A stretch of DNA of 64,000 nucleotides from Psammoneis japonica (taxonomy: Eukaryota). The stretch covers positions 111,899-175,898 of the forward strand of contig QPGO01000035.1 of assembly GCA_008632985.1 (NCBI GenBank), written 5' to 3'. The notes beneath the pieces are model-generated. The model saw only the letters and a list, made by a program, of their open reading frames with translations. It was not told where the DNA came from and made no database searches. The position numbers were made by a program, and so were the translations under genes. This document shows positions 1 through 12,893 of the stretch, one piece after another (position 1 is the stretch's first letter; the number at the start of each line of letters is the position of its first letter).

Positions 1-583
1 TTTTGACCTTTTTCAAAACCGTGGTCGTCTTTGGGGCTAGAACGAGTTTTAGATAATTGCATAATTGCGTATTAACTTGATATTTTTGTTTCCAGTTACT
101 GTATAATGTACCGTAGCGAAACTTTTTGCGCCTCGTCTCAAATCTCAAGAGTAGATATCGTCGAAAGTGCACCTGGGAGCCAAAGTTCTGCACGACTGTG
201 AAATGGAAAACAATGAAGATGCACCAGCGTGTTCGAGACAGTTATGAGGCTGACGAATGCACAAGTTGACCAGACTAGACATGTAGCACGTGAACCTTTC
301 TTGTGAATGGGTACATAACGGTTCTATTGCAACTTACGTGAATGAAAAACAAAATCCACACCAACACATGGCACATGTGTACAAAAGCACAACTCATTAG
401 AGATTAACGCAAAGTAAGAAAGCCTACTTTGACAAATCTATCCTCTATTGTGTTAGAGTGCTACGATATCCATGAAGTTAAAGGGTGCTTATGAATTGAA
501 AAGAATGAAAAGCCACACATCAATGGGCTCCCATTCCTTCACTAAAGTTCACCACACACAGAGAGAATCACCCATCACGATGC

Positions 584-1096
584 TTAGAGCTCCGCCGCAT
601 CAGCCTGCTTTTGAAGGTAATCCAAAAGCACAGTCAGAGCGCGAGTCTCTTCGCCAAAGTCGGTAATGACGGCACACGAAGTCCTGACGGACTTCTTGAC
701 GGAACCATCATCGTCGAGCTTGGCTAGACCGCACCAGGCACCCAAGTCCTTTCCAGATTCCACCATGACAACATGGACTTCACCCTCTGCGCAGAGAGCG
801 CGAATCACTTTTTGTACTCCTCGTTTTCGCAGTCCTTGGCGAGGCAGCAGAGACGAGCGGAACGGCGATCAAGAGCCTTGGCACACTCATGCAAACCCTT
901 TTTGAGACCATCGTGAATGAGAGCCTTTTTGAGAACCTAAGTTATACAGCAAAAACCAGCGATGTTAGCACGGAGTAGCTTTCTCGAATTTTCAACTTTT
1001 TTCGTTTGCAAAACTCACTTCCTTGAGAGCGTCAAGGACACTCATCTGGACGTCCTCCATCTCAGTGGTAACAGGTTCATCTCCGGCGTCAGACAT
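584..1096 (-). CDS. RPS12: 40S ribosomal protein S12 (eS12); 2 exons, intron 937-1018; apparent 1-nt homopolymer frameshift near 810
   Basis: Manual translation [67 protein letters not shown] joins ORF 584-808 ([14 protein letters not shown]...[10 protein letters not shown]), which is typical eS12. Confidence 0.95.
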
Positions 1097-2226
1097 TGTG
1101 GCAAACGATGTAGTTTGATGACTCTCACACTGCAAAAAGGAAAGCAGGTTCCTCGAATGAGAGCAACGACAAGGTCGGCGGCATTTCAGCGCCGCACAAA
1201 ATTCAAATGGGTGCTGAGCTCATCTTTTAGTACGGCCGGTAACAACAAGAGACGGCTGGTGGACAGACCTTGATCGATACATGTTGTTAGTTTGGCTGTG
1301 TATTGTCAACATTGTGTGTTTTGGCCACGTTCCAGAAAACTCCCAAAACAAAAACGGCATTTATGACGTCATATTGACGTACGTCAGTCTCGATTGCGTC
1401 GTTCCTCCAATGAGATTGATTTGAATTTACTCTATCGTTCAAAGAGACCTTTGTCGCCTGCCTTCGCGCCAAAATTCACGTGGAACGTGGTAGACTTCTC
1501 GTAGTATTCCGTTGCAGTAGCTTTGTACCAGTCTTCTAACATTCATAAATATCAGGTATTGAAGAGTATCATTCGTGATGCGCCTCATACCAGTTCGATG
1601 CGCGCGCGCACGATATGCCTACGTAGCGCATGTACCACAGTTTACGAGAGCTCGGCCCAAGAGGGCATTTTTCTCGAGTACCGCAACCTACGCAAGTTCT
1701 ACGATGGTCATCGGTACCAAACGCACTTTTTCACGTTGAACTCGGGAGCATTTTTCTCGCGGAGGCATTGTGCTCTTGTTGTTGACGATAGCGTGCTTTC
1801 TTTGTCATTGATCAAAAAACGTTCGATACCCTTATTGCCAGTGTTGATCAATAGGAGCAAAATTCGAGAGAGGCGAATCCTTGAAACCGTGTCATTGTTG
1901 AAGTCTGCGCCTTTTTGATTCGGTTCATTCCCATAAAGGCAATACGGAAAGAGGCGTACGTGCTCCGTCGTAACAAGAGTACTGCAGCTTTGCGACAAGT
2001 GTCTCCTGGAGGTTGTCACACGTCTCAATCGTGACAACGTTGCATCAAACCGGGAATCCTAAGATCATATCAAGCTCTCAAGGCTCTCTGTGGTGAAAGT
2101 AGGGCAACATCCGACAACAAGCTCCGTTAGGAACAAACTCAACCCAATAATTACGAGGCGAGAAAGACCCTATTTGTTCTTTGAACCGAGACCGAGTTAA
2201 ATCGAGTTCTCTTGTTTGGCAACAAC

Positions 2227-4407
2227 ATGTCAGCTCCGGACGTGGTGTCATCAAAGGAGCAGGAAGGTCAGAGCTCTTCTTCAGGCGACGCTATGAACGT
2301 GGATCAGGAATCTACATCCCAACAGAGCCCAACTTCTGTTGAACCTGTTGCTGTCAAGATGGAGGAAGACACCCATCAGGCAGCAGAAGTGACACCGATA
2401 TCATCCACCGCTCCTATTGGTTCTCAGCATGGTTCCACGGGTCCCTCTGCCCCGCCGTCTACACCTGTCAATGTTGGAATGGGGGTTGCGGCCCCAACGC
2501 CTGCTGCGCCCGTGGCAGCCGCGGATTCCACAAATAGCCACTCGGGCCCAGTCGACTTTAAGGTACTGAAAAACTCCATGGACGAGGCTCTCGCCTCCAT
2601 GTCTAGTGAAGATGGGAAAGACGCGTCAAAGGACGACGCGGAGAAAAAGCAAGCCGAGCTGCGAGCCATGTATCTGGCTGGGTTTCGTGCTGCCGCTCAG
2701 GCTCAGCATCAACAATCCCTAAAGGAGAACTTTGAGAATGCCAAGAATGGAACGCCCGCTGCTCCTGCGGAAACCAATGGCCCTGTCCCTGCTGCTACAC
2801 CGAGTGCACCGCTTGTGCTTCCAGTCAGTGGGGCCGCAGGCGTGCTTGCCCCTGCCAACACACCCGTCAACCCGGTACCATCGTCACCCACAGGCGCAAC
2901 TCCATTGCTTGCAGCATTGAGAACGGGTTCTCCCATTCCACCGCTGAGAGCAGGATCTCCCGCCCTGGCACCAGCAGCAACCACCACTACGACGACCACT
3001 ACAATCCCTGTCACTCGGCGAGTCACGAGAACATTGTCGGGCAATCTCGCTTCGTCGTCTCCTGCGGTTGCATCGTCGTCCACGTCCTCGTCTCCTAGCA
3101 CGGGCGGTGGATCAGGGCATTCCAACCCGTTTCCACGAAAGCTTATGGAGATGTTGCGAAAGGAAGATCCGTCGATCGTGTCGTGGTTGCCAAGAGGGGA
3201 TGCGTTTGCTGTGCGGGATTCTGAAAAGTTTATCAGTGACGTGTTGCCGAGATATTTTCGACACACCAAGGTAGGGCCTGTTTAGCTCGCTTTGTTTTCA
3301 GCTGATGCATTACGACTTGTTCTCACCCTCAACTTTGCTTCTCCTTATAGCTTACTTCTTTCCAGAGACAACTGAACTTGTATGGCTTTAGGCGAATCAC
3401 AAAGGGTCCAGATGCGGGAGCTTATCGACACGAGTTGTTTCACCGAGATCAGCCAGAACGCTGTTTTCAGATGAAGCGATCCAAGCAAAAAGGAGGCGCG
3501 TCACCCTCGTTGAAACCCGGAGCAAGTCCAAGAGTCCGATCGAGCTCGATTTCATCCGTTCCTTCTCCACTGACTACACCCAATGATAGCCCCAGTTTGT
3601 ATTCCCTTGAGCAAAGCCCCGGTACTCGGGGTTCGCAAGGTCCGACCGTGTTGACGTCTTCAGTCATGGGAAGGTTCGTAAAAATGTATACATTATGCAT
3701 TGTAGCTTTTTGCTTGCTATGTTGATTCCTAACGTTTATCTTTTCACTCTTGCAACAGTGCCCAGCCCCAGCATGCACCAGAACAGCACCAAGCTCATTT
3801 CCGAACTCTTTCCAGTGGCGGCGTGCCCAATGATGTAGCTTCTGGTGTAGCGCAGCCGCAAACGGGGCTTGGTATTTTAATGAATTCAGGTACCTTGGGA
3901 AACAATTCTGCCGCCGCTCCTGCTGCAACCGCTACTCCTACCTTGGCTAGTTTATCTCCTACACATCGCAAATTGATTCAAGAGGATCTAGCCGCTCGCG
4001 AGCGACAAGCCAGTGCGTTGGCTGCTGCTGGTATGGTGGCCTCGTCAGTAGATCAGACTGCCAAGGTTCCGACGAACGGCACTGGCGCTCCAGACATAAC
4101 GATGCAGGGGTTGCGTGCTCCTCCCGTGTTGGCAGGCAGTGCTCCATTGACAACGTCCCCGGGCGGAACACCTATGGAAGGCACAAACTGGAACTTGATT
4201 GATACAACATTGACATTGGAAGACATGGAGCTAGACTTTGCCAAGCTTTTTGATCCTGCGCATGAAGTAGCGAGTATGCAAACAGAAGGAACCGGATGGC
4301 CAAGTGCGCCAATAGCGCCTGACATTTCACTCCAACCGCTAACACCAACATCGGTGGGTGGAAACGCGAATGGTGCTTCCACGGGGACCAATGGGAATTC
4401 GTCGTAG
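2227..4407 (+). CDS. HSF: Heat-shock factor (HSF-type DNA-binding domain) transcription factor; introns ~3271-3350 and ~3674-3758
   Basis: [61 protein letters not shown] across a GT-AG intron; low-complexity flanks. Confidence 0.93.
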
Positions 4408-4598
4408 ACGGTTGAAAAACACAAACTGGGATTGTGTGGATGTTAGAGCGTGCGGGAAAGGACCGAGAACTGTACAAAGTGGTCGATAAAGGGTAAAGAC
4501 AGACATGTCTGCTATATGTTTTGAAATGAAATGTGTTCCGTGAAGAAGAGAATCCTAGAGAGAAAGCAATCTCGAAGTCCTTGTACCTTATTTTTTTT

Positions 4599-5033
4599 TG
4601 GTGAGCAAGTCAGTAAACTATGTAAATATTATCTTATTACTATCAGCTGCTTCAACGTGGGTTCTCTTCCTGCGCTCTTGTCACTACCTGGGTAAGCAAG
4701 ACTATCGCCTCTTTCTGCTCCACTCTCCATCTGCTGCTGTGGGTACCTGGGCAAAATATTTTGTTTTAAGCGTTGCATCAGCAGCTTATCAATACTCTAG
4801 ACAGGGTCTGCAAGGCTATCGCGTGACTGATGCCCTTGTCCATTTAGTGATGGAGATAGGGCCGTAAGCTGGCTAACCTCTAAGTCGTAGGTACAGTTGC
4901 GTCCAGGCTCAGGAGGTCCTCGACTTTGGTTCCAGCTTCCAGATTTTTATTCGCTTTCTTCGAAGGCTTCGAACGAAATTCGAGCGAAGCTCACTAAAGA
5001 ATTTACAGCTTATTCGCCTAAACGACATAAACA
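4599..5033 (+). mobile_element. LTR-like repeat copy A (TG...ACATAAACA), TpA intact
   Basis: Aligns by eye to 7555-8085 from GTGAGCAAG at the start to ACATAAACA at the end; TG..CA termini; no convincing TSD or internal pol found. Confidence 0.6.
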
Positions 5034-5079
5034 TGTTTACATTCAACATGCTCTGCTAAAGTAGAGCACACATTTCTAC

Positions 5080-8050
5080 GCAGGTCACTCTCCATCCAGC
5101 TTCGGTGTGAGAGGGAAGTTCGTCCCGCGATTGCAATTCTGCTGAATCCAACCATGATCCACTTTGTTCCATGTCTCTTCTTCACCTTGCTTGTTGTTCC
5201 TGGCAAGCGGGCCATGGCAACTTCTCTGTTGCTGTCAAGCCCAAGATTCTAAGATTTGAAGGGGAGCGTCTGCGTGTGCAACGCAACTGTCTGTCCGAGA
5301 GCATCTCTGAGCAGCTGTGCCAAGATCTTTGCTCGCAAGGTGTCTTTGACCACAGTGAAGACACCCAGCACACCACACTTTGCCACACAAAGGGTGGACA
5401 TGCGGGCACACGCATCAAATCCAGCAAAAGACAGCTCTCTCTGCTCTCCCAGATGTGGTCACAGAAGACCCAAAGAGAAAGGAGAGTTCAATCTTTTGCA
5501 CCAAGCTCATGTCAGGGCCAACTTACAAGAACACCAGGGAACTTGTCAAAAAGGCCATTCCAAACTGAGTCTTGGAAGATGATGCTGGAACAACTCACCT
5601 CTGCGCATTGGCTCCTTGTGCAGCGGCCTCAGCAAATCACATGGACATCGCTGGCTGACATTGTTGTTGTCCAGCTTGTTGAAGCAAAGGAGTGGTTTCT
5701 CTGCAAAAAAAAAGTCTTTGAAAAGAAACAAAATGTCAAGAACAAGCTCCAACTCTGTGCAACACACAATGAAGAAGAAATTGATGACATGGTCTGTGAC
5801 AATCGACAAGGCAGGCGACCCTTTGCCCGGGGGATGCACTGTTTCCCCCTGCATGCATCATTTGTTCAACAAGAGCCCCTCTTGAGATGTCTTCTGTGCA
5901 TCCCACCTCTGCCAAGAGCAAGTGCATGATGCACCCCAAAGAGGACATGGTTCATCAATCTCTCTTCAAGGGACCACCTGCAATGCAGCACCAGAGGGAG
6001 GGACAAACTGCAACCAACGGTGCAACACAAGCTGTGACAATTTCCCAAACTGCAACTTGAATCAAGGAGATGCTTCTTGCAGTGGCAGCTGCAATGCAAA
6101 CTGTGATGACAGTTGCAATTCTTGTGACAGCTGTTGCGATGACACCAGCTGTGCAGGCACTTTTTGTTTTCCTGTTCTCCTCTGCAATGGTCTGTTCAAC
6201 AGTGGTTGCTGTGACAGTTGCAACACCTCCTCTTGCAATGGCTGTGTTTGTGATTCAAGCACAGGAGAGGATCAAGCTGCAATGAAAGCTGCGATGCATC
6301 CCCAAACAAAATTTGTCCTTCACCAACTCCCGCCCCCACTGACACCAAGAAGACCCAGTCCACTGCTGACTCCTGCTCTCACTCCAAGGCCATCTCCCAC
6401 CCCCACTTCATGGCCCACTTTAAGTTCATCATCTTTGCTGACAGTGAGTCTTGCACCCACTGGGGTTTTCACGACCAACACATCACCGAACGGGGGCCAT
6501 TGCTCTGTGTGGTCTGGCACCAGATGCACAACAAAAAGCAACTCACCAGAAAGTCCAGCATGTTGAGATGACACATGTGAGTGCCATTCATTGAGTGGAA
6601 CAAGGAGTGAGCTCTGGGTGACAACCATGTTGGCAATTTTGTCATCAAAACACTTGTGAACATCAGACAGCAGTGTGTGCCTGGGTTGAAAAGACATTTG
6701 GACAATGGCTGAGCCCTCTCCTGCTCTGGTCAGCTCTGATTTGGCCTGCAAGGCACCCATGGCAACACCAATGAGATCTTTGGCTTTGTCACAACAGCCT
6801 GCATTGAACATGAGGCAGGATTTACAAAATGTGAGCAAAGCAAGTTTTCCATGTCAACAATCATGTGCACGGGAGGAGGACCTCTCATCCTCTGTTTTTG
6901 CACCGTGCAGATCTCAGTTGGTTCAAGTCAGCAGATGACACCAGCTGCTGCATTGATGTTTGACCAGCTCTCATGAGCCTCCACTCTGTCGCACAGCAGC
7001 AAGGCATGCTGGCAAAGGATCAGCACCAACATTCTACCAGAACTCTTTTGTGGTCTTGGCACACCTTGCAGATCACCTCCCAGCACTTGAGCTGGTGGTG
7101 ACAGATGGCTCCTGAGTTTGAAGTCAGCAAGGTGGCTCATCTTTGGCCTGGTGCCAAGATTGCACAATCTTCTCAGTTGCTGTGAGCACTGCTTCTTTCT
7201 CCTGCAGGACATGAGATGGGTTTGGGCTCATCTTCAACCAGGTTCATGCCTCTTGTGACATTGGTGTGTGTTTTGGCACGTTCTCCAACAACAGCCAACA
7301 TCAGGTGCAAAAGTGGCTGGTGCATCAGATGCAATGTGCCAGCAGCTCATCAATGCTCACAACAGGGCCTGCAAAGATGCTGGGCAGCTGATTTCCATGT
7401 CTGGCCTCTGACAGTCATGCCCTGTGTCCAAGGGGAGCTCAGGATGCCTTCCTTGCACACTGCACACTTGCTTTTCATTTGTCTCTCTCTTTGATTTTTG
7501 AATGCTTGGCTGCCCACAGCCACAAAACAAACAAGTGCTGCACAAGGTCTTTTTTGTGAGCAAGACAGCAAACTGTGCCTGTGCCCACTTGTCATTGACA
7601 TCAGCTGCTCTTTCACGGGGGGCTCTTTTCAGTCGATGAGAGGACCCCCTCTTCTTGCTGCACCCTGGCTGGTGTGCTGTTGTCATGGCACTACACTGCA
7701 AACCAATGTCAACTGGACTGCCACCTTGTTCTGTTAATGGAGCAACCTTTGCACCCAGCCGCTGCTGCAGGAATCTGGTGCAAAGCGGTGGGTGTTGGAA
7801 GAAGCACTCTCTTTTCTTGCTTGTGCACCAGCAGCTTGTCAGTGCTCCAGATGGGGTCTGCAAAGCTGTCGGACAACTGCTGACACCCTCATCCATCTTG
7901 TGGCAGAGACAGGGCCGCAAGGCAGAGCCAACCTCTGGTCGTGCAGTGCGTCCAAGAGCGCTCAGGACCGGACGTCATCCTCGAATTCGCTTCACAGCTT
8001 CCTCCTTCCAGATTTCGTTGCGTGTTGTGTGTGCGTCGTTCTCTCTTTGA
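5080..8050. other. TpA- and CpG-depleted degenerate repeat block 1
   Basis: Only a handful of TA dinucleotides in ~3 kb; TG/CA-rich; overlapping Tyr-free, Cys/His-rich ORFs in all frames. Confidence 0.85.
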
Positions 8051-8085
8051 GTTTTTATAACTTATGCGTCTGGATAACATAAACA
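7555..8085 (+). mobile_element. LTR-like repeat copy B, TpA converted to TG/CA
   Basis: Diverged homologue of 4599-5033, e.g. CAGCAGCTTGTCAGTGCTCCAG vs CAGCAGCTTATCAATACTCTAG. Confidence 0.6.
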
Positions 8086-8867
8086 AATATATACAGTATA
8101 CAGAAACTTATTATTGTGTGACGGAATTTATGTATTAATTAATGCCCTAAGTTTCAATTATTCACTATTGGATTGCAACGCCAAAATCCTCGCCGCGTCA
8201 ATCGGATGCTTCCATCACCAACAAGTTGTGCTCCTATGAACGTTGCAAGAAATCTGAGAGGAAAAGGTCTCAATTCTGCTCCCTCTCTACTCTAGAGGAT
8301 AAGAGAACCATTCAGTCGAAGACCCTTTGCCAGGAAGTAGCTTTACGTTTGTCATCACACCTTTGAGCAATTACCGTGTATGAATAGTATTTTGAAATTT
8401 TTATTTTATTATTCATTCATTAATTAACTTATATTTACTTTCAATAAGTGAAATATATATTATTTAAAATTTATATATGAATACAAACATGTTTTAGCGA
8501 CACGTGCGCCACAAAAATTCGAGGCGGAGCAGAAAAAGCGAGACGACCCGCAAGCGACGCCTCACTGCATGCTGCCGTCATTCTCATTCGAACGATTACC
8601 GTACGCAGCTACTCTCGTGTTTCTTGTTGTCTTTTGTCGCTCATTGCATAGTCGGCCATCATTCATGTCAACTAATTCATAACTGGTTTGATAAAGCAGC
8701 GGCACCTTGTTTTTATTGGACAGAGTAAGAAAAAGAAAATGTGTTTCAGTTCGTTGTCAAGTGGCGAGGCTGTTTCCTCCGAAGAGCCACTCGCTGAACC
8801 ATAACGCCACAACGTATTGCATACTTACGCGGTTCTTTTTATCGCTATTCTCTGCTCTTATAGTACC

Positions 8868-11047
8868 ATGTTTCCTTCTCAATATTTTACTTCCAGTCCA
8901 ACGACGGATTCTCTCGGAGGAAATGGTTCTGTAGTGTGCAGCGACCCCGGTGCTCCGGATCCAGCGCAGACAACATTTACGGGAATGGAGAATGTGCATC
9001 GTGATCATGCTGCGCATCATGGCCATCAGCAAACTGGGTCAGAATCTGATTCCGACATTCCGGCTAGTGAGAAGTTAATGAGAATGGAGGAAGAATCATT
9101 TTACTCAAACTCTCAGGTGGATACAGGAGACGACAACATTTGGGGATTGCTCAGCGGTGTTGGAGGAAACATGTATGAATGGTAAGTTCTTACGTTTCAA
9201 CTTTTTTTTCAACGTGCCATTTGTGAGGATGAGGAACTTCACAACTAGATAGTAGATCCGGAGTGCTATGTTGTAAATTCATATGCACGGTGTCGAGAAA
9301 TATTGGAACGTGAAACTGACTCGCACAGATCACTATAATATGACGAATGACGGACTCGCTGAAAATCACGCCCCCCTCGTGCTGTCTAACACGAGATTTG
9401 TTGTTCCGTCCACTTTAACTAGGTATGATTTTGCTGTGTATGGCCTTCTTGCACCTGAGATTGGACAAGCGTTCTTTCCACAGTCCTCGCCAGAGTTGCA
9501 GCTCATAAACTCTTTTGGTGTCTACCTTGCGGCGTTTTTAATGAGGTAAGAGAGCCTCGCGTCTCCTTAGCTGATGTCAATAGCGTCTCTTTTCCGGAAC
9601 AGGCACTCATAATCGATTTGTCTTTTTCACATTGTTTGTTCAGACCGCTTGGTGCAATAATGTTTGGAGAAATGGGAGATCGGCTGGTCGGCAGAAAGAA
9701 CGCGCTTGTGTTTTCCATTGTGCTAATTACAGTCCCGTCTGTGTTGATGGGAATGCTACCAACGTATGAAATGTGGGGTGTGGCTGCTCCAATTCTTTTA
9801 GTGATATTGCGAATGCTTCAAGGTTTAAGTGTCGGTGGTCAACTGGCTGGAAGCTATGTGCTGAGTATCGAGCAGAGCTCTTCCCGCAATCGTGGCTTTC
9901 GTGGGAGTATTTGTGACGCAAGCTCGGTACGTTCTTGGTTGACGCCGTAACGTATCAAGTTGAAGGACTCTCTGACATATGTATCATTGCGATATCTGTT
10001 ATGCTTGCTCCTCTTTAGGTTGGTGGCTTCTGGGTTGCATCTGCGGCCACGACCATAGTACGTACGGTGCTCACGGAAGAGCAAGTCAACAACTGGGGCT
10101 GGCGTGTTCCGTTTTGGTTGTCACTTCTCATCGCGCCACTCCTTTACCACATTGTGAGCCACACGGAAGAATCAAAGTTCTGGGAGGAGCGCAACGAACA
10201 AAAAGAAACCGAGAAAATTATCCGGGAAAACAACGAGGAAGAATCGAAAACACCAGCTGTGGTTGACCTGGTTTCGTCTCCATTTCGACGTCGTCAGCTT
10301 CTCGGAATGATTGGTGTTCTTTCGGCTACCTGCAGCTCGTTTTATACTCTCTTCCTCTTTACTCCCGTGTACTTGTCGAGTCTCCGCCAGCACTTGAGTG
10401 AGGCAGATGCCGATTTGCTCAACTTTGTGACTGTTGGAATCTACATTGTCCTGCTCGTTGCATCCGGAAAGTTGTCGGATATGTTCCCGCACCGAATGGA
10501 CTTGATGAAGCTTGCGCTCCCTGCGCTCATAGTGGGATGCCCCGTAATGTTTGGTATGTTCGAAAGCGAAAGCTGGTGGGGAATTTTATTTGCTCAGATC
10601 CAGTTCGCGGTTGTTCTTGCCATGGTGGAGGGCAGCAAGGCAGCCTTTGAGGTTGAACTCTGGATGAATGACCCTTCTCTATCTTTCACTGGCGTTGCAA
10701 TTGGACACAACCTTTCAGCGACATTGTTTGGTGGAACTATGCCTTTAGTCGCTACCTTTTTGTATTATCGGGCTGATGAACTCTGCGGTGACGACGAAGA
10801 CGCTTTCTGGCCACGCCTGATTCCTGGTCTGTACGTGTCGCTTCTCGGTTGCGTTTCCCTTCTTTCTCTCAACTATCTCATCAGACACCCACATGATGTC
10901 ACATCCGGTGAATTGAAAATACGAGAGCAACAGGAAAAAGACCGGAAGCAGTTTCGGAAAGCGGAGAAGAAGAAAGCAAAGAAGCGAAAAGACTTAGAAA
11001 TTCAGCTGACTCAAAAAACTGAGCCGTATGTTCCACCCGTCATGTAA
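8868..11047 (+). CDS. MFS transporter, metabolite:H+ symporter (ProP proline/betaine-like); introns ~9182-9422, ~9546-9643, ~9927-10018
   Basis: GNMYEW|YDFAVYG..FFP, FLMR|PLGAIMFGEMGDRLVGRK, LRMLQGLSVGG and WGWRVPF motifs; multiple TM helices. Confidence 0.92.
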
Positions 11048-11300
11048 CAAGTACATTATACGCAATCGGTGGTAACTAGCTGAGACCCGTGCTGAACATA
11101 GTATAATGTTAAAAAACAACAAGGAAACATCTCTACTGCGTGGATGCGATGTCACAATTATTCTAGTTGTACTTCAGTTACGGATCTGACTCCCCCGAAG
11201 TCTTACGCATTCGAATGATTACCAGCGGCTGCGAAGTTACAGGAAAAAGTGACCAGCTGGATAAGTCAGTAGGGAAAAGCAACGGCTACAAGCCTTCAAC

Positions 11301-12626
11301 TCAAACCCAAAACACTGAGGCACGTACCGGTTCTACAGTCATTGGTCTCGTCTTTTTGGCTTCCTCAAACAGTGTATATATCCAGTTACAGCTCCAATTC
11401 TCCGGATCAACCCAACTTCTCAAATGATTCGATACATACTCCCTATCGGCGAGATAGTGCAAAGGCATACAATGAAACATAAAAATTTTGCCAATGCACG
11501 TGGTTGCATTTGTGACTTGTGACCGTATCATGTCTCTTCCCCGAAACGTGGGCCCGAGACGACCAAAAGTGTGGAATTTCACTTTGAGTGACGCAAAGGG
11601 TTCCATACCTAGCAGGCGATTAAAAGTTTTCTTCTTGTCTAATCCACAAAAAGGATAATGAGGATGCATCAGCGTCTGGCCAACTGAATTCTCATCCCCG
11701 TCAGCCTCGCCGAGAGCGTCACTATCATGAAACGATGGTGGAGATGCAGCATAGGGTGTTTGTGGTGTTGCAAGACCTAAGCGAAACTGCTGATTCAACG
11801 AGAACGGTGCAATCCTCAAAAGCGTGCTGAGTAGAAACACCCACAATCTGTACATGGCCGCCTCGGCATGAATCGAGACTCCACCACGGGGCATCCTGAG
11901 TTCATCCAAGATACCATCAATCCAAACTTGCTCGGTAGGTCCGCCCTCGACAATACCTGATCCCACATGTCCCATTAAGTAATAGGCGCACAAGGCATCA
12001 CCCACATAATCTTGTGCCGTCACGGTCAAGTTGTTATTGGTGGTTGCGTTCCCCGCCCCAGCACTTGCATAGATTGGAGGAATGGAATAAATAGCCTCCT
12101 TTAGAATGCTAGCGTGGAGCTTGTGAGATTTTGTGTGCTTCTGATGTTGTTCAATTAAACACGAAAAGCTCGGTTTTACGTCCGTGGGGGGAGTTTGGTC
12201 GTTGTCTTCATCGAATGATGTTGAATCATCGATTGCATTTGCTAGCTCAGCGACAGGGTCACAGAAACGAGAACTTGGGGGCAATGACGCTCGTAGACAA
12301 GCAACGCGCTCCTGAACAGTAGGGAGACAATAAACTGGGTCTTCTCCATCGTCCATGTTAGCAACAGGAGCTCGCACAAACTTCCACGACGAAAACACCC
12401 GAGGGTCTCGCAACGAAGAGTAGTAGTATGTTTGAGTCATGCGTTGACAGCGTCGCATAAGATCAGATTGAATATCCTTCAGAGCTGACATGCTGGTAGA
12501 TCCGAAGCAAAGACAGTCATGAAACGAAAGAAACGAGACAACCGTCACCCAGCATTCTGACGGTAGTACTGCTGCCGCTTCTTCATCCTCTTTGCGGTTG
12601 TCGATTCTGCTCTGCGTTGGATCCAT
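11301..12626 (-). CDS. Hypothetical protein with possible N-terminal F-box-like motif
   Basis: 441-aa intronless ORF; LPSECWVTVVSFLSFHDCLCFGSTS resembles an F-box. Confidence 0.7.
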   Translation of the reverse strand: MDPTQSRIDNRKEDEEAAAVLPSECWVTVVSFLSFHDCLCFGSTSMSALKDIQSDLMRRCQRMTQTYYYSSLRDPRVFSSWKFVRAPVANMDDGEDPVYCLPTVQERVACLRASLPPSSRFCDPVAELANAIDDSTSFDEDNDQTPPTDVKPSFSCLIEQHQKHTKSHKLHASILKEAIYSIPPIYASAGAGNATTNNNLTVTAQDYVGDALCAYYLMGHVGSGIVEGGPTEQVWIDGILDELRMPRGGVSIHAEAAMYRLWVFLLSTLLRIAPFSLNQQFRLGLATPQTPYAASPPSFHDSDALGEADGDENSVGQTLMHPHYPFCGLDKKKTFNRLLGMEPFASLKVKFHTFGRLGPTFRGRDMIRSQVTNATTCIGKIFMFHCMPLHYLADREYVSNHLRSWVDPENWSCNWIYTLFEEAKKTRPMTVEPVRASVFWV

Positions 12627-12893
12627 CTTTAGTTTGCCCTATGCAATCAATTAGAAAGGGCGGTTATGCCGCAATGACGACAATAACTATGGAAACAACA
12701 GCACTCCACAACAACAACCGAAACCTAACTGCGACCGAAGTTTTTGTGAAAATGAAAAAAAAAATCCGCAGAAAGAAAAAAAATAAAGCAGGAAGGTGAA
12801 AACGTGTTTGTCGCAAATAGGGGCCCGTGCTGTTTAGGTGCCTGGCCCTTCGATTCGAATCGATCGATCGTTTTTTAGACGGCGATGACAACG

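Noticed and set aside
1287..2037. Short ORFs between RPS12 and HSF
   Set aside because: No recognisable motifs; likely divergent promoter/5' UTR sequence
4599..8085. A single intact LTR retrotransposon bounded by the two LTR-like copies
   Set aside because: The copies differ in length and have indels, there is no matching TSD, and no gag/pol motifs were recognised between them; they may be two related solo LTRs
8380..8490. Very AT-rich tract (also ~21110-21240) as a centromere or origin
   Set aside because: Only ~100 bp, with no supporting structure
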